Shown here: piece by piece, positions 11,183 to 20,941 of the stretch
Position numbering within the stretch: position 1 is the stretch's first letter
Layout of the letters: each line of letters begins with the position of its first letter
Assembly (NCBI GenBank): GCA_963733295.1
Contig: CAVTCS010000003.1
Span: forward strand, 64,001-128,000
DNA from: Vulcanimicrobiota bacterium
GTDB lineage: Bacteria; Vulcanimicrobiota; Vulcanimicrobiia; Vulcanimicrobiales; Vulcanimicrobiaceae
Length of the DNA stretch: 64,000 nucleotides
Direction of reading: 5' to 3'
Position numbers and translations under genes: made by a program
Notes under the pieces: model-generated
The model's database searches: none
The model's input: the letters and a program-made list of their open reading frames with translations, nothing else
What the model was told of the DNA's origin: nothing

Positions 11183-12046
11183 TCAGTCGAAGCTCGCCAG
11201 CGCGGTCATACAGGTCGCTCCGTCTTGATCGCGCGTTAGGAGCTCGACGCCCGAGTCCGCCGGCCGGGCGACGCACTCGAATTGGTCGGTGTCGAAGAGC
11301 GGCTTGCGCGACCGGAAGCTAAAGCGCGTAACGATTTCCAATGGGAAGTACTCGCGAACAAGGTCCATCAGGAGCATCGCTTGCAGCGAGCCGTGGACGA
11401 CGAGGCCCGGATAGCCCTCGACTTCGGTAGCGTATTGACGGTCGTAGTGAATCCGGTGTGAGTTCGACGTTAGCGCTGAGAACCGAAACAGCAAGACGGG
11501 ATCCGGCCAGATGGTTCTGCAGAACCTTGCGGATTCACTCGGCTCGGAGACGGCTTCGGCCGGTTGAGATGCCGGCGAAGGCGTCGCTTCGCGCTCGCCC
11601 GCGTAGACGATGTCTTGCTCCTCTTCGATCGCCAATCCGTCGCGTCCGAAAACCTCGTATCGCACGGTGACGAAAAGGAGCTGACCCGAAACGCCGGTTT
11701 TCGCTCGAATTGAGGCAATCGACGCAACGCGTTCGGCCACCCCTTCCAAGTAGAGCGGCTGGTGGAACGTGACGCGTCCACCTGCAAACATTCTTCTCGG
11801 CAACGTCACCGGCGGCATGAATGAACCGCGGCGACGATGCCCGTCCGGACCGAGTTCCGACTCGCGCGGCCACCGGTCGAAGTACACCCAGTGTCCTAAA
11901 GGCGGCAGAAGATGGCCGCCGGGCGCGAGCGCATCGAGATCGAGGTCGAGCAGTGCGGCGAGGTCGCGAATTCGATTCGTCTCGAGGATCTCGCGCGCGA
12001 ACTCTTGGCGGTCGAGGTACTCTCCGAAGGGCGTCGGTTCGCTCAT
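11183..12046 (-). CDS. Double hot-dog acyl-CoA dehydratase/hydratase (MaoC/FAS1-like; mesaconyl-C4-CoA hydratase-like)
   Basis: GPDGH, PRRMFAGG, LFRFSALTSNSHRIHYD, GYPGLVVHG. Confidence 0.85.
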   Translation of the reverse strand: MSEPTPFGEYLDRQEFAREILETNRIRDLAALLDLDLDALAPGGHLLPPLGHWVYFDRWPRESELGPDGHRRRGSFMPPVTLPRRMFAGGRVTFHQPLYLEGVAERVASIASIRAKTGVSGQLLFVTVRYEVFGRDGLAIEEEQDIVYAGEREATPSPASQPAEAVSEPSESARFCRTIWPDPVLLFRFSALTSNSHRIHYDRQYATEVEGYPGLVVHGSLQAMLLMDLVREYFPLEIVTRFSFRSRKPLFDTDQFECVARPADSGVELLTRDQDGATCMTALASFD

Positions 12047-12061
12047 GTCAGCGTCTTTCGG

Positions 12062-13093
12062 TCAACCAATCTTGAGCCACAGAATCAAGGAGTAACTCGT
12101 GACCGCCATGACCGTCGCCAGCAAAAAGCCGACCAGCATCGGTTTCAGCCCGAGACGGAGCATTTTCGCCAAATCGGCGTTGAGCCCGACCGCGGCCAGC
12201 ACGGCCACGATGAGAAAGGAAGCGGTGAGCGTCAGTGACTTTGCCAATTCGGGTGCCAGCACGCCAAAACTATTGAGGGCCGCCACGGCGATGAAGCCAA
12301 CGATGAACCACGGTACGGAGCGCCCGGCGGTTCGAAGAATCTGGTTCGGAGTGACTCCGCCTCCTTGAGCATACATGAAGCCGACCACCACCGCCAGGGG
12401 GACGAGGAGCGCCGTTCGCGTGAGCTTGACGATCGTTGCGACCGAGCCTGCCCCGGTCCCGAAAACGTAACCGGTCGCCACGACGACCGAGGTATCGTTC
12501 ACTGCCGTACCAACCCAGCTTCCGAATCGCGTCTGGCTCATCCCGAGCCAATGACCGAGGATCGGGTAGACGATGAGCGCGACGATATTGAAGCCGAAGA
12601 TCGTCGTGATGCTATAAGCGACCTCTTCGCTCTTAGCTCGCACGAGCGGCGCGATAGCTAAAATTGCCGACCCGCCACAGATAGCAGTCCCGGCTCCGAT
12701 GAGGGTGCCGATGGTCGGATCCAACCTGAAAATACGAGCGAAGAGAAGCCCGAGTGCGAACGCTACGACGACGAGAGCGACGATGAGGCCGACCGTCGTT
12801 GCTCCCGTCCGGACCAACGCCTGTACGCTAATGCCCGCACCCAGGAAAATGATCGCGGTTCTGAGGCCGTAGAAAAGCGTAAAGCTGACGCCCTTTTGAA
12901 TTTCCGCCGGCCGCATGAGATTCCGGACGATCAGACCGGCCAAAAGTGCGAGCACGACGTCAGGAACCGGCGCCGTGAATCGCGACAGGAGGCGAGCCGC
13001 GATCGCGATCGCGAGCACGAGGCCGATCCCGGGGAGCCACGCGGGAATTGCGCGTGCGCGCAGCTCGCTCTCCGGAGCGGCTAACGCGGGCAT
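12062..13093 (-). CDS. YeiH / putative sulfate exporter family membrane protein
   Basis: GTAICGGSAILA, GTAVNDTSVVVA, VKLTR, PWFIVGF; multiple TM segments; start placed at ATG 13093 (inferred). Confidence 0.85.
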   Translation of the reverse strand: MPALAAPESELRARAIPAWLPGIGLVLAIAIAARLLSRFTAPVPDVVLALLAGLIVRNLMRPAEIQKGVSFTLFYGLRTAIIFLGAGISVQALVRTGATTVGLIVALVVVAFALGLLFARIFRLDPTIGTLIGAGTAICGGSAILAIAPLVRAKSEEVAYSITTIFGFNIVALIVYPILGHWLGMSQTRFGSWVGTAVNDTSVVVATGYVFGTGAGSVATIVKLTRTALLVPLAVVVGFMYAQGGGVTPNQILRTAGRSVPWFIVGFIAVAALNSFGVLAPELAKSLTLTASFLIVAVLAAVGLNADLAKMLRLGLKPMLVGFLLATVMAVTSYSLILWLKIG

Positions 13094-13304
13094 CGTAATA
13101 TCGCAAGCACTGTCGCCGGTATCTTCCCCAAGCCTCGCTGCGGTTGCCTTGTAAACGTCGCCACGGAGCGCCTGCTCAAGGGGCTTGCCCGAGCTTCGCC
13201 AAAAGAGTGCGTCTCGGACCTTGACGCACCGTACGCGTTGGGTCATTTTTCCGGTTTCTCGTGTCACTTTGCCCTTCGAGCCGCCGGCGCCTAAGGAGCA
13301 AGAT

Positions 13305-13499
13305 ATGGCGAAAGACCAGGCAACCGAGTATCTAAAGCACCTGCGCGATAAAGGGGCTGAACGGGAAAAGCTTCGCGATGCGGTGTTTGCGGAGATCGTT
13401 GCGGCGGGCGAGGCGGCGGGTTACAGTTTCACCGCGAAGCAGCTCGAGCACATTCTCAAGGTTCAGACGTTTGATGAATCCCGCGGATACGGTGGCTAA
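13305..13499 (+). CDS. Nif11-like leader peptide protein, putative RiPP precursor (64 aa)
   Basis: AAGGAG RBS at 13293-13298; MAKDQATEYLKHL...IVAAGEAAGYSFTAKQL resembles the Nif11 consensus (M...F....../V.A.A...G(Y/F).FT..EL); ends DESRGYGG. Confidence 0.7.
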   Translation: MAKDQATEYLKHLRDKGAEREKLRDAVFAEIVAAGEAAGYSFTAKQLEHILKVQTFDESRGYGG

Positions 13500-13528
13500 A
13501 AAGAGTTGTCCCCGGGAGCCGTGCGCCC

Positions 13529-14536
13529 GTGTATGCATCGAGGCTGTCTGACTTCCTCGTTCTTCTGAAGCCGCGCGTCGCAGCCGGCCTCGTTGACGCC
13601 TTCAGTCTGGAGCGCATCGAACGGATTGCGCGCTCGATCCCTGCCGCGGCTTTCGATCATGTCGGCTTCGAGCGGCGCTTGGACTCGGCGGACGCCGGCA
13701 CCGACCTGGCGTTCTCTCTTTCCGCCTATGGCTTGGAGTGGATCGAGTCCGCATCACCTTGGCCCGAGGTTGCGAGGTTCGCCGAAGATTGGGGAGTGGA
13801 GCGCACTCCCGGCCTTTGGAACGTTTGGCTCAGCTTCGATACTTCGACCGGCGAATGCGGCACTCGTCCACCAAACGTGTATTTGGATCTCGACCGATCG
13901 GCTGCGGAAGCGTTAAAAATACCTCGTTCGTTCGCTGTTGCCGAGCGCTTCACGCGATGTCTTGAAGCACTGCCGCCCGCAGTCACCCGGATTCAACTCG
14001 GCTTCATGCTCGCACGAGGCGCGGATGGACTACGCTTCTGCGCCAGGCCGCTCTCATTAGACGATGCTCTGAACCTGCTGGACGCGCTTCGCTGGCCCGG
14101 CGACCGCGCATCGGTCGCCGCGATCATGGAAGCTTACGAGCCTCTTTGCGATACGTTCTGTCTGCAAGTCGATGTTGGTTCGCGCACGCAGCAAAGACTG
14201 GGTTTCGAACTGCACTACAGCGGACGGCCTTGGGCCCGCCAACCTCCGCGTGAGGATCGTTGGTTCGCACTCTTCGAACGGCTCGGCGGCGCGGGCTTGT
14301 GCACCGATACGCAACGCGCCGCGCTCATCGATTGGTGCGCGACCGTGGAATACGAAGCGCCCCTTATCGAGCGTCTGATCGCTGCCGCACATCCGTCGGC
14401 CGACCGGCTGATCGCGGGGATTCTCTATACGGGGCTTCACTACATCAAACTGACGATCGACTCCAATAGGTTGCTTTCCGCGAAGGCCTACTTTGGTGCG
14501 ATTCTCGATGCGAGCGCGACGCGCCGAGCGTGTTGA
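13529..14536 (+). CDS. Hypothetical protein, putative peptide/aromatic prenyltransferase (ABBA-like fold)
   Basis: VWLSFD, GFMLAR, RLGFEL and C-terminal LHYIKL...AKAYFG motifs; lies directly after a Nif11-like peptide; function inferred. Confidence 0.5.
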   Translation: MYASRLSDFLVLLKPRVAAGLVDAFSLERIERIARSIPAAAFDHVGFERRLDSADAGTDLAFSLSAYGLEWIESASPWPEVARFAEDWGVERTPGLWNVWLSFDTSTGECGTRPPNVYLDLDRSAAEALKIPRSFAVAERFTRCLEALPPAVTRIQLGFMLARGADGLRFCARPLSLDDALNLLDALRWPGDRASVAAIMEAYEPLCDTFCLQVDVGSRTQQRLGFELHYSGRPWARQPPREDRWFALFERLGGAGLCTDTQRAALIDWCATVEYEAPLIERLIAAAHPSADRLIAGILYTGLHYIKLTIDSNRLLSAKAYFGAILDASATRRAC

Positions 14537-16650
14537 ATCTTGCGCGCAAACCGTCCGCTGCGCTTCCACTAGTCGCACTCTTTTGCGTGGCAGCCCTGTG
14601 GCTGCCGGCAAGAGCGGCCGATCGCACGGCTCCGTACGCGTTATCGGGAGTTCAGGCTCTCGACGAAGTTGGTCCGCCGCTCACGATCGAGGACGTCACC
14701 CGGGGAGCCGCTGCGCGAGACTTTCGTCCCGTCGACAGCCTGCCGAAGACGAGACAGTCGATCACGCGCTGGTATCGATTCACCGTGCCGCGAACCGATA
14801 ATTCGCGGCTCGTTCTCAGGTTAGAAGATGCCGTTAGCGATGCGGATCTGTACTTCCGGAGATCCGATGGCTCGTACGGACTCGTGCGTTTCGGCATGCG
14901 CGTCCCATTTGCGCAACGTGCCTTTCCCGCGGCTTGGCCCGTTGCGGAAATCACGCCGGAGATGAGGCAGGGGAGCCCGCTTTATCTTCGCGCGCTCGGT
15001 CCGTCGACCCGGCTCGCCGTCGAATCCGAAGAAACCTACGCGCAAAACCGAGTTAGCGTCGAGTTCGATACGCTCTTTTTCATCGGTTTCATCGCCTCGA
15101 TCGGTCTCCTGAGCTTCTTTCTGTTCGTCTATCTCCACGAGCCGACGTTCCGGCTTCACGCGCTGCTGATGGCCGTGACGATCGTCTACCTCTTTACGGA
15201 GAACACGCTCTCGTGGCAGTACCTCTGGCCGGCGGCGTCGATCGATTTCGCTACTGCCGATGCGGTGGCATTCACCGCCTATCTTTTGGCCGTCATGCTC
15301 TTCGCGCGAAGCTTTTTATCGCTCCCGGTCGAGCTGCCGGCGCTCGACCGGGCCATTTGGGCGGCTTTTTTGCTGAACGTCCTCTTGACGTTCGTCGTGG
15401 GGCCGTTACGACCGGGCTCCCAGGTTTTCAATTGGCTCACGCCCATCGCGAACGCCAGCCCGTTTCTCCTGATCTTCTTTTCAGCGATCGTCCGCCTTCG
15501 TCAAGGCTTCCGCGAGGCGCGGTTCTTCATCATCGGCTTCGGAAGCATGCTCGTCATTTTTATCGTGGCGGGAACGGTCAACTTTTTTTCGGATTTCCCT
15601 TCGCACACCGGAAACCAAATAGGTTCGTTGGGGCTCGATCTCGGTTTCGCCATCGACTCGATGTTCTTCCAGTTTGCGCTCGCGGATCGCGTGTTGGCGG
15701 CGAATCGCGGTCGCGACGAAGCCCAACGCGAGACGCTTGCCGCTCAGACCGCACTCTTGGAAGCGCAACACAGCTCGATCGAGACGCTCGAGAAGCACAC
15801 CGAATCTTTCAGCCGATTCGTACCGCATGAGTTTCTGGAGCAGCTCGGCCGGGCAGACGTCGTCGACGTGCAGTTGGGAGATCACATCCAGCGCGAGATG
15901 GCTATTCTCTTTTCTGACATCCGCGCGTTTACGGCGCTTTCTGAAACTATGACGCCGCAGGAGAGCTTCGACTTCGTCAACGGACTGTTCGCTCACGTTA
16001 GCCCCGCGGTACGCGAACATCGCGGCTTCGTCGACAAATACATCGGGGATGCCGTGATGGCGCTCTTCCCCAAAGCCGCAGACGACGCGATCGATGCAGC
16101 AGTTGCGCTTCAGGAGGCCGTACGCCGTTTCAACGAGAGCCGAGCGAAAGTTTTGCAGAAACCGGTTTCCATGGGAGTCGGCTTGCACTGGGGCACGCTG
16201 ATGCTCGGTACCATCGGTGACCGGCTACGCCTCGAGACGACGGTTATCGCCGACGCGGTCAACGTAGCGTCGCGTGTCGAGAGCCTCACGAAGGTTTTCG
16301 GGACGCAAATCGTCGTGAGCGGGGAGCTCGTTAGCGCGCTCCCGGATCCGTCGAAATACAGTCTGCGGCCGCTCGGTTCCGTGCACCTAAGGGGTGTGTC
16401 GCGAGAGATCGGCGTCGTGGAGATTTGCGATGCCGACGAACCGGAGCTGTTGCTCCACAAGATGGCGACACTCGAGGTTTTTGCGGCTGGGATTCGCGCG
16501 TATCAAGGCGGCGACAACGAGGCCAGCCAGAAGTTCTTCGGCCAGATCGTGGAGCAAAATTCAAAAGATTTGCCGGCAGCGTACTGGCAAGCGCGCGCCG
16601 CAGCACCGGGATCGCAAGCGGACTCGACCCGAGAGATTCGCCTTATCTAA
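14530..16650 (+). CDS. Class III adenylate/guanylate cyclase with 7TM-DISM-type extracellular and membrane sensor region
   Basis: Signal peptide, beta-rich ectodomain, ~7 TM helices, FSDIRAFT, VDKYIGDAVMA, DAVNVASRVE; start overlaps upstream stop by 7 nt. Confidence 0.88.
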   Translation: MLNLARKPSAALPLVALFCVAALWLPARAADRTAPYALSGVQALDEVGPPLTIEDVTRGAAARDFRPVDSLPKTRQSITRWYRFTVPRTDNSRLVLRLEDAVSDADLYFRRSDGSYGLVRFGMRVPFAQRAFPAAWPVAEITPEMRQGSPLYLRALGPSTRLAVESEETYAQNRVSVEFDTLFFIGFIASIGLLSFFLFVYLHEPTFRLHALLMAVTIVYLFTENTLSWQYLWPAASIDFATADAVAFTAYLLAVMLFARSFLSLPVELPALDRAIWAAFLLNVLLTFVVGPLRPGSQVFNWLTPIANASPFLLIFFSAIVRLRQGFREARFFIIGFGSMLVIFIVAGTVNFFSDFPSHTGNQIGSLGLDLGFAIDSMFFQFALADRVLAANRGRDEAQRETLAAQTALLEAQHSSIETLEKHTESFSRFVPHEFLEQLGRADVVDVQLGDHIQREMAILFSDIRAFTALSETMTPQESFDFVNGLFAHVSPAVREHRGFVDKYIGDAVMALFPKAADDAIDAAVALQEAVRRFNESRAKVLQKPVSMGVGLHWGTLMLGTIGDRLRLETTVIADAVNVASRVESLTKVFGTQIVVSGELVSALPDPSKYSLRPLGSVHLRGVSREIGVVEICDADEPELLLHKMATLEVFAAGIRAYQGGDNEASQKFFGQIVEQNSKDLPAAYWQARAAAPGSQADSTREIRLI

Positions 16651-17615
16651 GGCAGGAAGCGAATCGCTCGCGCGAGCGAGCGCAGCACCGTCGAGCTCGT
16701 AATGAGGCGCTTGACGTCGGGATAGAGATCCCCAACGTCACCCTCTCGACGCCAGGGTTCTGGACAGTCGGAATTCGTGAGTCTGAGGATTGCGGAACTC
16801 GGCCAGCTCCCATCTCGCGCTTGGAGCTCGCAGAGCGCGCGAAGCCGGCGTTCGAGTTGCGCGCTGCCGTTCTTGCCGTCGATGGACAAACCGATTTCAG
16901 CGAGCAGAGCGATCGAGAACGGGTCGCTGCATTCCGGCAGCGCATCCACGGCACATCGCGTCGCTTGCAACTCCTCTTGCAAATTCGCTTCCGCCAGGAG
17001 CGTGACGTTCATGCAGGTGGAGTAGACGGGATTGGTCCACCAGAAGGACGGCCAAAGCTCGTCGACCCGAGCGCGCTTGACGACGTAGTCGAATCCGGCG
17101 CGCACGGCCGAGTTGCGGTCGTCGAAGCGCGTCAGCAGCGCTCGGAGCGCCACCGGCGTAACCTCCGGATGTGAAGACGCCCAAGAGTGCCCCGGCGGGA
17201 ACAGATCGGAATCGTAGGTAGCTAACCCGCCGTCCGGATTCTGGCGCCGCAAAAGAAACTCGTAGAGCGCCTCGTCGACCTTCTGGCCCGACGCCCGCAA
17301 GAACAGAACCGCCCAACCTGTCGAGTCGCTGTCGGCCGGGCAGAGCCAGTTGTATCCGGCGCCTTGCCGCGTCCGCAGGTCCGCCACCAGCCATTCTGCG
17401 GCCTTTGCGACCGCGTTCGAAACGCGAGGGTCGTCCGGGGCCGCCTCCGCGAGGCAAAAGCCGACGTAGGACGTCACCCACTCGTCGGACGGACCGATCG
17501 GGAAAGCGTAGTCAAGCCAGATTCCCGACGGCTCCTGGGCGCGGGTCAAGAATGCAACGGCGTCGTCGATCGCGCGCCGGGCACTCTGACGAGTCACGAT
17601 CCCCTCTTTAACCAT
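16647..17615 (-). CDS. Prenyltransferase/squalene-oxidase repeat protein (single-domain class II terpene cyclase-like)
   Basis: QW-like repeats (AQEPSGIW, RQNPDGG, LQARDGSW) and an acidic DSDST motif (DxDD-like). Confidence 0.75.
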   Translation of the reverse strand: MVKEGIVTRQSARRAIDDAVAFLTRAQEPSGIWLDYAFPIGPSDEWVTSYVGFCLAEAAPDDPRVSNAVAKAAEWLVADLRTRQGAGYNWLCPADSDSTGWAVLFLRASGQKVDEALYEFLLRRQNPDGGLATYDSDLFPPGHSWASSHPEVTPVALRALLTRFDDRNSAVRAGFDYVVKRARVDELWPSFWWTNPVYSTCMNVTLLAEANLQEELQATRCAVDALPECSDPFSIALLAEIGLSIDGKNGSAQLERRLRALCELQARDGSWPSSAILRLTNSDCPEPWRREGDVGDLYPDVKRLITSSTVLRSLARAIRFLP

Positions 17616-17671
17616 CGACGCCGCTGCTTTCTCAGTTGTTCCTGAGGATTTTCCCTTAGGCTTCCAAGAGA

Positions 17672-20600
17672 ATGTTCCGACGCGTCACCGCGCCGCTGCT
17701 TGCGCTCGCCATCCTTGCTCTATCGGGCACGCCGGCGCCTGCGCAGAGCAGCACCGGCGAGATCGATCTCAACGTCGTCGACGCGGCGACGAATCAGCCG
17801 CTGGGGAACGTGCGGACCTTCTTGCTCGGCGCCCAGACGGCCAACGCGTTGACGACCGCTTCGGGCGCGATCAAGTTCACCGACGTGCCCGTCGGGATTT
17901 ACCGCATCCGCCTGCAACTGCGCGGCTACAACGGCGCCAGCACGCGCGAGTTCGACGTCCTTCCGGATCGCGCGGTCCACGTCCGCATCCTCCTTTCAAA
18001 GCGCACCGGGACCGGCGGATCGAACACGGCCTCCGAAAACGACTCGAACCTCAAGGTCATCGGGGTCGTGACCGCCCGCTCGAACGTCTCGATCACGACG
18101 ACCGACATCAACTCAGACAGTGCGGTCCGGCGCTTGTCTGACTCGCTGACCGACGCGCTCGACAAGCTCGCGGGCGTCTCGGTCACGACCGACGCGAGCG
18201 ATCCCAATAGCGCGATCAACATCTCGCTGAACAACCAAGACGAGTCGCAGACCGCGCTCACGCTGGATGGGATCCCGCTGTCCGCGCCCGGCTCGGCCGG
18301 CAACTTGCGTGGCATCGGGACCGACCTCTTCTCGGGTTCGTCGGTCAGCTTTTCACCGACCGCCGGCGGTCTCGCGGGCGGCGTGAACTTCACGACGCTG
18401 CAGCCGACGCAGGCCCTGCAGATCCGCGCCAACGGAACGACCGGGACCTACGACCGTAACAACTACGCCTTCGCCGCAACCGGATCGGTCGACAGCCTTG
18501 GATTCGTGGTCGAGCATACTTGGCGCGGCTCGAACAGCCCCTTGACCTTCAACGTTTACGAAGATCAGAGCGGACTGACGTACGCGCACGGCGGCGACTC
18601 CATGACCGAGAGCGACCTGCTCAAGCTGCGCTACACGCTGGGCGACGAGCGAACGAGCATCACGGCGTCCGGCATCGACACGAACCGTTTGGCCTACCAG
18701 ATCTGCGCGCAGGACGTGACGATTCTGCCCTGCGGCGCCGGCCCGAACAACTACAACTTCGGCCGCTACGAACTCGGCTACGCGACGGTGCAGTCGCTCG
18801 TCGGCAACGTCGAGACGAATGTTTCCGGCTACATCAACGCCGGCACGCAAAACGTCAACGATCTCAATCGCTACGTACTGCAATTGACTCCGGATGCTCC
18901 CGACCCGACGGATCCCAGCGCCTACGAGCCGACGCTCGACCCTTCGGCTTCTCTGACCGACACGCTCACTCGCGGCATCGCGTACAGCGCGTCGCTGGCG
19001 CAGGGCAATCACACCTTCATCTTCGTGGGCAGCACGTACGACGCGATCAACTCCTCGGTGCCGACCGTCGGCTCGCAGTTCGTCACGGCGTTCACGAACG
19101 CCGCGGCGTCCTCGCGCTATCAATTCAGCGACGCGATCAAGTCGAACGATCACTTGACCTACACGCCCTCGGTTTCGTTTGCCGACACGAGCGGCGTCGG
19201 CAGCTCGTTTCTGGCGGGGCTGAGCGGTCAATGGCGGCCGAAAGTGGCGGACACCTATGCCCTTTCGCTCAACGTCGGCAGTTCGCAGCCGAATCTGAAC
19301 GCTATCAAATCGTTCTCCGATCCGGTCTCCGCGCGTTTCAATTGCGGCGCCCAAACGGCGGTCGTCGCGGGACCGGGCGACACCGGCGAAGGGCAGTCGC
19401 AGTCGGCGCAGGCGATCAACGCGACCTGGTTGCATCAGTTCAACGGCGGGGCGACGTTTTCGGTCTCGCCCTACTGGCAACGGCAGTCGGGGCAGCTCAT
19501 CAACGCGCTGATCGACGAGCCCGCGGCATACTACAATGCGGCGGGCGTGGGGTATCTCGATACGCTCTATGCGGCCTACCGTTCGCCGACGGTGTGCGGT
19601 TTGACGGCTCCGACGCCGACGGTCTACGTGAACGAATCCGTCTCCGGCACGACGCGAGTCTACCAGGGCTTCAACGCGACGGCGCGTTTCGAACTCTCGC
19701 CCTACATCGCAATGATCCCCTCGTATTCGCTCAATCAGGCAGTCCTCGTCTCCGCGGGTGGACGGCTCGACGACGGACCCTCGACGACGATCGTCGGCGC
19801 GCAATTACCGAATCGTCCGATCCACAAGGGAAATCTGACGTTCGACGCGCTGATGCCGCGCAGCGGGATCGAGCTGCTGGCGAACGCGCAATACGTCGGC
19901 GCGAACAATCAGCAGAATCTCGGACCTTACGTTAGCATGAGTTTCGGCGTGTCGCATCGCCTCGGGCCCGGGCAGGTGACGGTTTTCACGAACAATGCCT
20001 TCAACGTGTATTCGGGGGTCTTCGCGACGAACGCGTACGCGCAGCCTCTGGCGCTCTCGAGCGGCGGATTTTACGAAACGGCGGCGACGCCGCTGACGCC
20101 GCGCACGATCTTCGCATCCTACGCGATGGCGATCGGTGGTCCGGCTCCGGGACCCTCGTTCCGGCAACTCAATCGCGGCGGCGGCGCGCGCCTCGCTGCG
20201 GCGGCGACGCCGCAGCCGAGTCCCAGCGCGAGTGCCGGGCCTCGCCGTCAGCAGCGCTTTACCTCGAATCCTCCGCCGCCGGGTACCGATCCGCTCTCGC
20301 TCGATACCTCGCGCGACACCTGCGACGCGAACGCACAGACCGCCGCGAAGCCGCTCTACGACGGGCTGCGCGCCTACGTCGCGGCGTACGAAAAGGGTGC
20401 GAAGACGACCGACGTTCCCGGGGTCACGATCGTTGCGCACAAGACGCCGCCGGGTTCGACGGTCGCGTATTATCTCGACGTACGGCCGCATTTCCCGCGG
20501 CCGCCCGGCGCGGCGCAGAACGTCCAAGGCGGTCCGGGTGGTCGGCCCGGGCGTCCGGGTGGCGGCTTCGGTGGCCCTGGTGGAGGCGGTCCCGGCGGAC

Positions 20601-20941
20601 CGGGTGAGGGAGGGAACGGCGGGGAGCCTCCGATTCAAAGCGGCGAAGTAACCGCGCAGTCCGGGCCGCAACTCGGCGGCTCGCCGCAGCAACAAGCGGC
20701 GCGTCGCAACTTCGAAAACTCGCCCGAGTTCAAAGCGTTCCGCGGTTTCATCGGCTGCGCGTACGTGACAATTCTCTCGCAAGCCGATGCGAAGGCGAAG
20801 GGCATCGTTATCGAAGGCGGACGCCCGGGGTTGATCTACGTTCCGGGAACCGGCATCACGTTCGTGCAGGCGCTCGAGTTACCGCAAGGCGGCGGCAGTC
20901 TGCAGGCATCACCGCCGCCGAGCGCATCGCCTCCTCGATGA
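17672..20941 (+). CDS. TonB-dependent-receptor-like outer membrane protein with N-terminal carboxypeptidase-regulatory-like domain and long C-terminal extension
   Basis: Signal peptide; N-terminal Ig-like domain (VVDAATNQPL...GIYRIR); plug-like LTDALDKLAGV, LDGIP, GGVNFTT; beta-strand-rich body; QLPNRP. Confidence 0.7.
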   Translation: MFRRVTAPLLALAILALSGTPAPAQSSTGEIDLNVVDAATNQPLGNVRTFLLGAQTANALTTASGAIKFTDVPVGIYRIRLQLRGYNGASTREFDVLPDRAVHVRILLSKRTGTGGSNTASENDSNLKVIGVVTARSNVSITTTDINSDSAVRRLSDSLTDALDKLAGVSVTTDASDPNSAINISLNNQDESQTALTLDGIPLSAPGSAGNLRGIGTDLFSGSSVSFSPTAGGLAGGVNFTTLQPTQALQIRANGTTGTYDRNNYAFAATGSVDSLGFVVEHTWRGSNSPLTFNVYEDQSGLTYAHGGDSMTESDLLKLRYTLGDERTSITASGIDTNRLAYQICAQDVTILPCGAGPNNYNFGRYELGYATVQSLVGNVETNVSGYINAGTQNVNDLNRYVLQLTPDAPDPTDPSAYEPTLDPSASLTDTLTRGIAYSASLAQGNHTFIFVGSTYDAINSSVPTVGSQFVTAFTNAAASSRYQFSDAIKSNDHLTYTPSVSFADTSGVGSSFLAGLSGQWRPKVADTYALSLNVGSSQPNLNAIKSFSDPVSARFNCGAQTAVVAGPGDTGEGQSQSAQAINATWLHQFNGGATFSVSPYWQRQSGQLINALIDEPAAYYNAAGVGYLDTLYAAYRSPTVCGLTAPTPTVYVNESVSGTTRVYQGFNATARFELSPYIAMIPSYSLNQAVLVSAGGRLDDGPSTTIVGAQLPNRPIHKGNLTFDALMPRSGIELLANAQYVGANNQQNLGPYVSMSFGVSHRLGPGQVTVFTNNAFNVYSGVFATNAYAQPLALSSGGFYETAATPLTPRTIFASYAMAIGGPAPGPSFRQLNRGGGARLAAAATPQPSPSASAGPRRQQRFTSNPPPPGTDPLSLDTSRDTCDANAQTAAKPLYDGLRAYVAAYEKGAKTTDVPGVTIVAHKTPPGSTVAYYLDVRPHFPRPPGAAQNVQGGPGGRPGRPGGGFGGPGGGGPGGPGEGGNGGEPPIQSGEVTAQSGPQLGGSPQQQAARRNFENSPEFKAFRGFIGCAYVTILSQADAKAKGIVIEGGRPGLIYVPGTGITFVQALELPQGGGSLQASPPPSASPPR

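Noticed and set aside
11174..11185. TGACA-CC-TGTCA palindrome similar to the WYL-associated site
   Set aside because: Formed largely by the stop codons of two convergent genes; different spacing and not in a promoter position.
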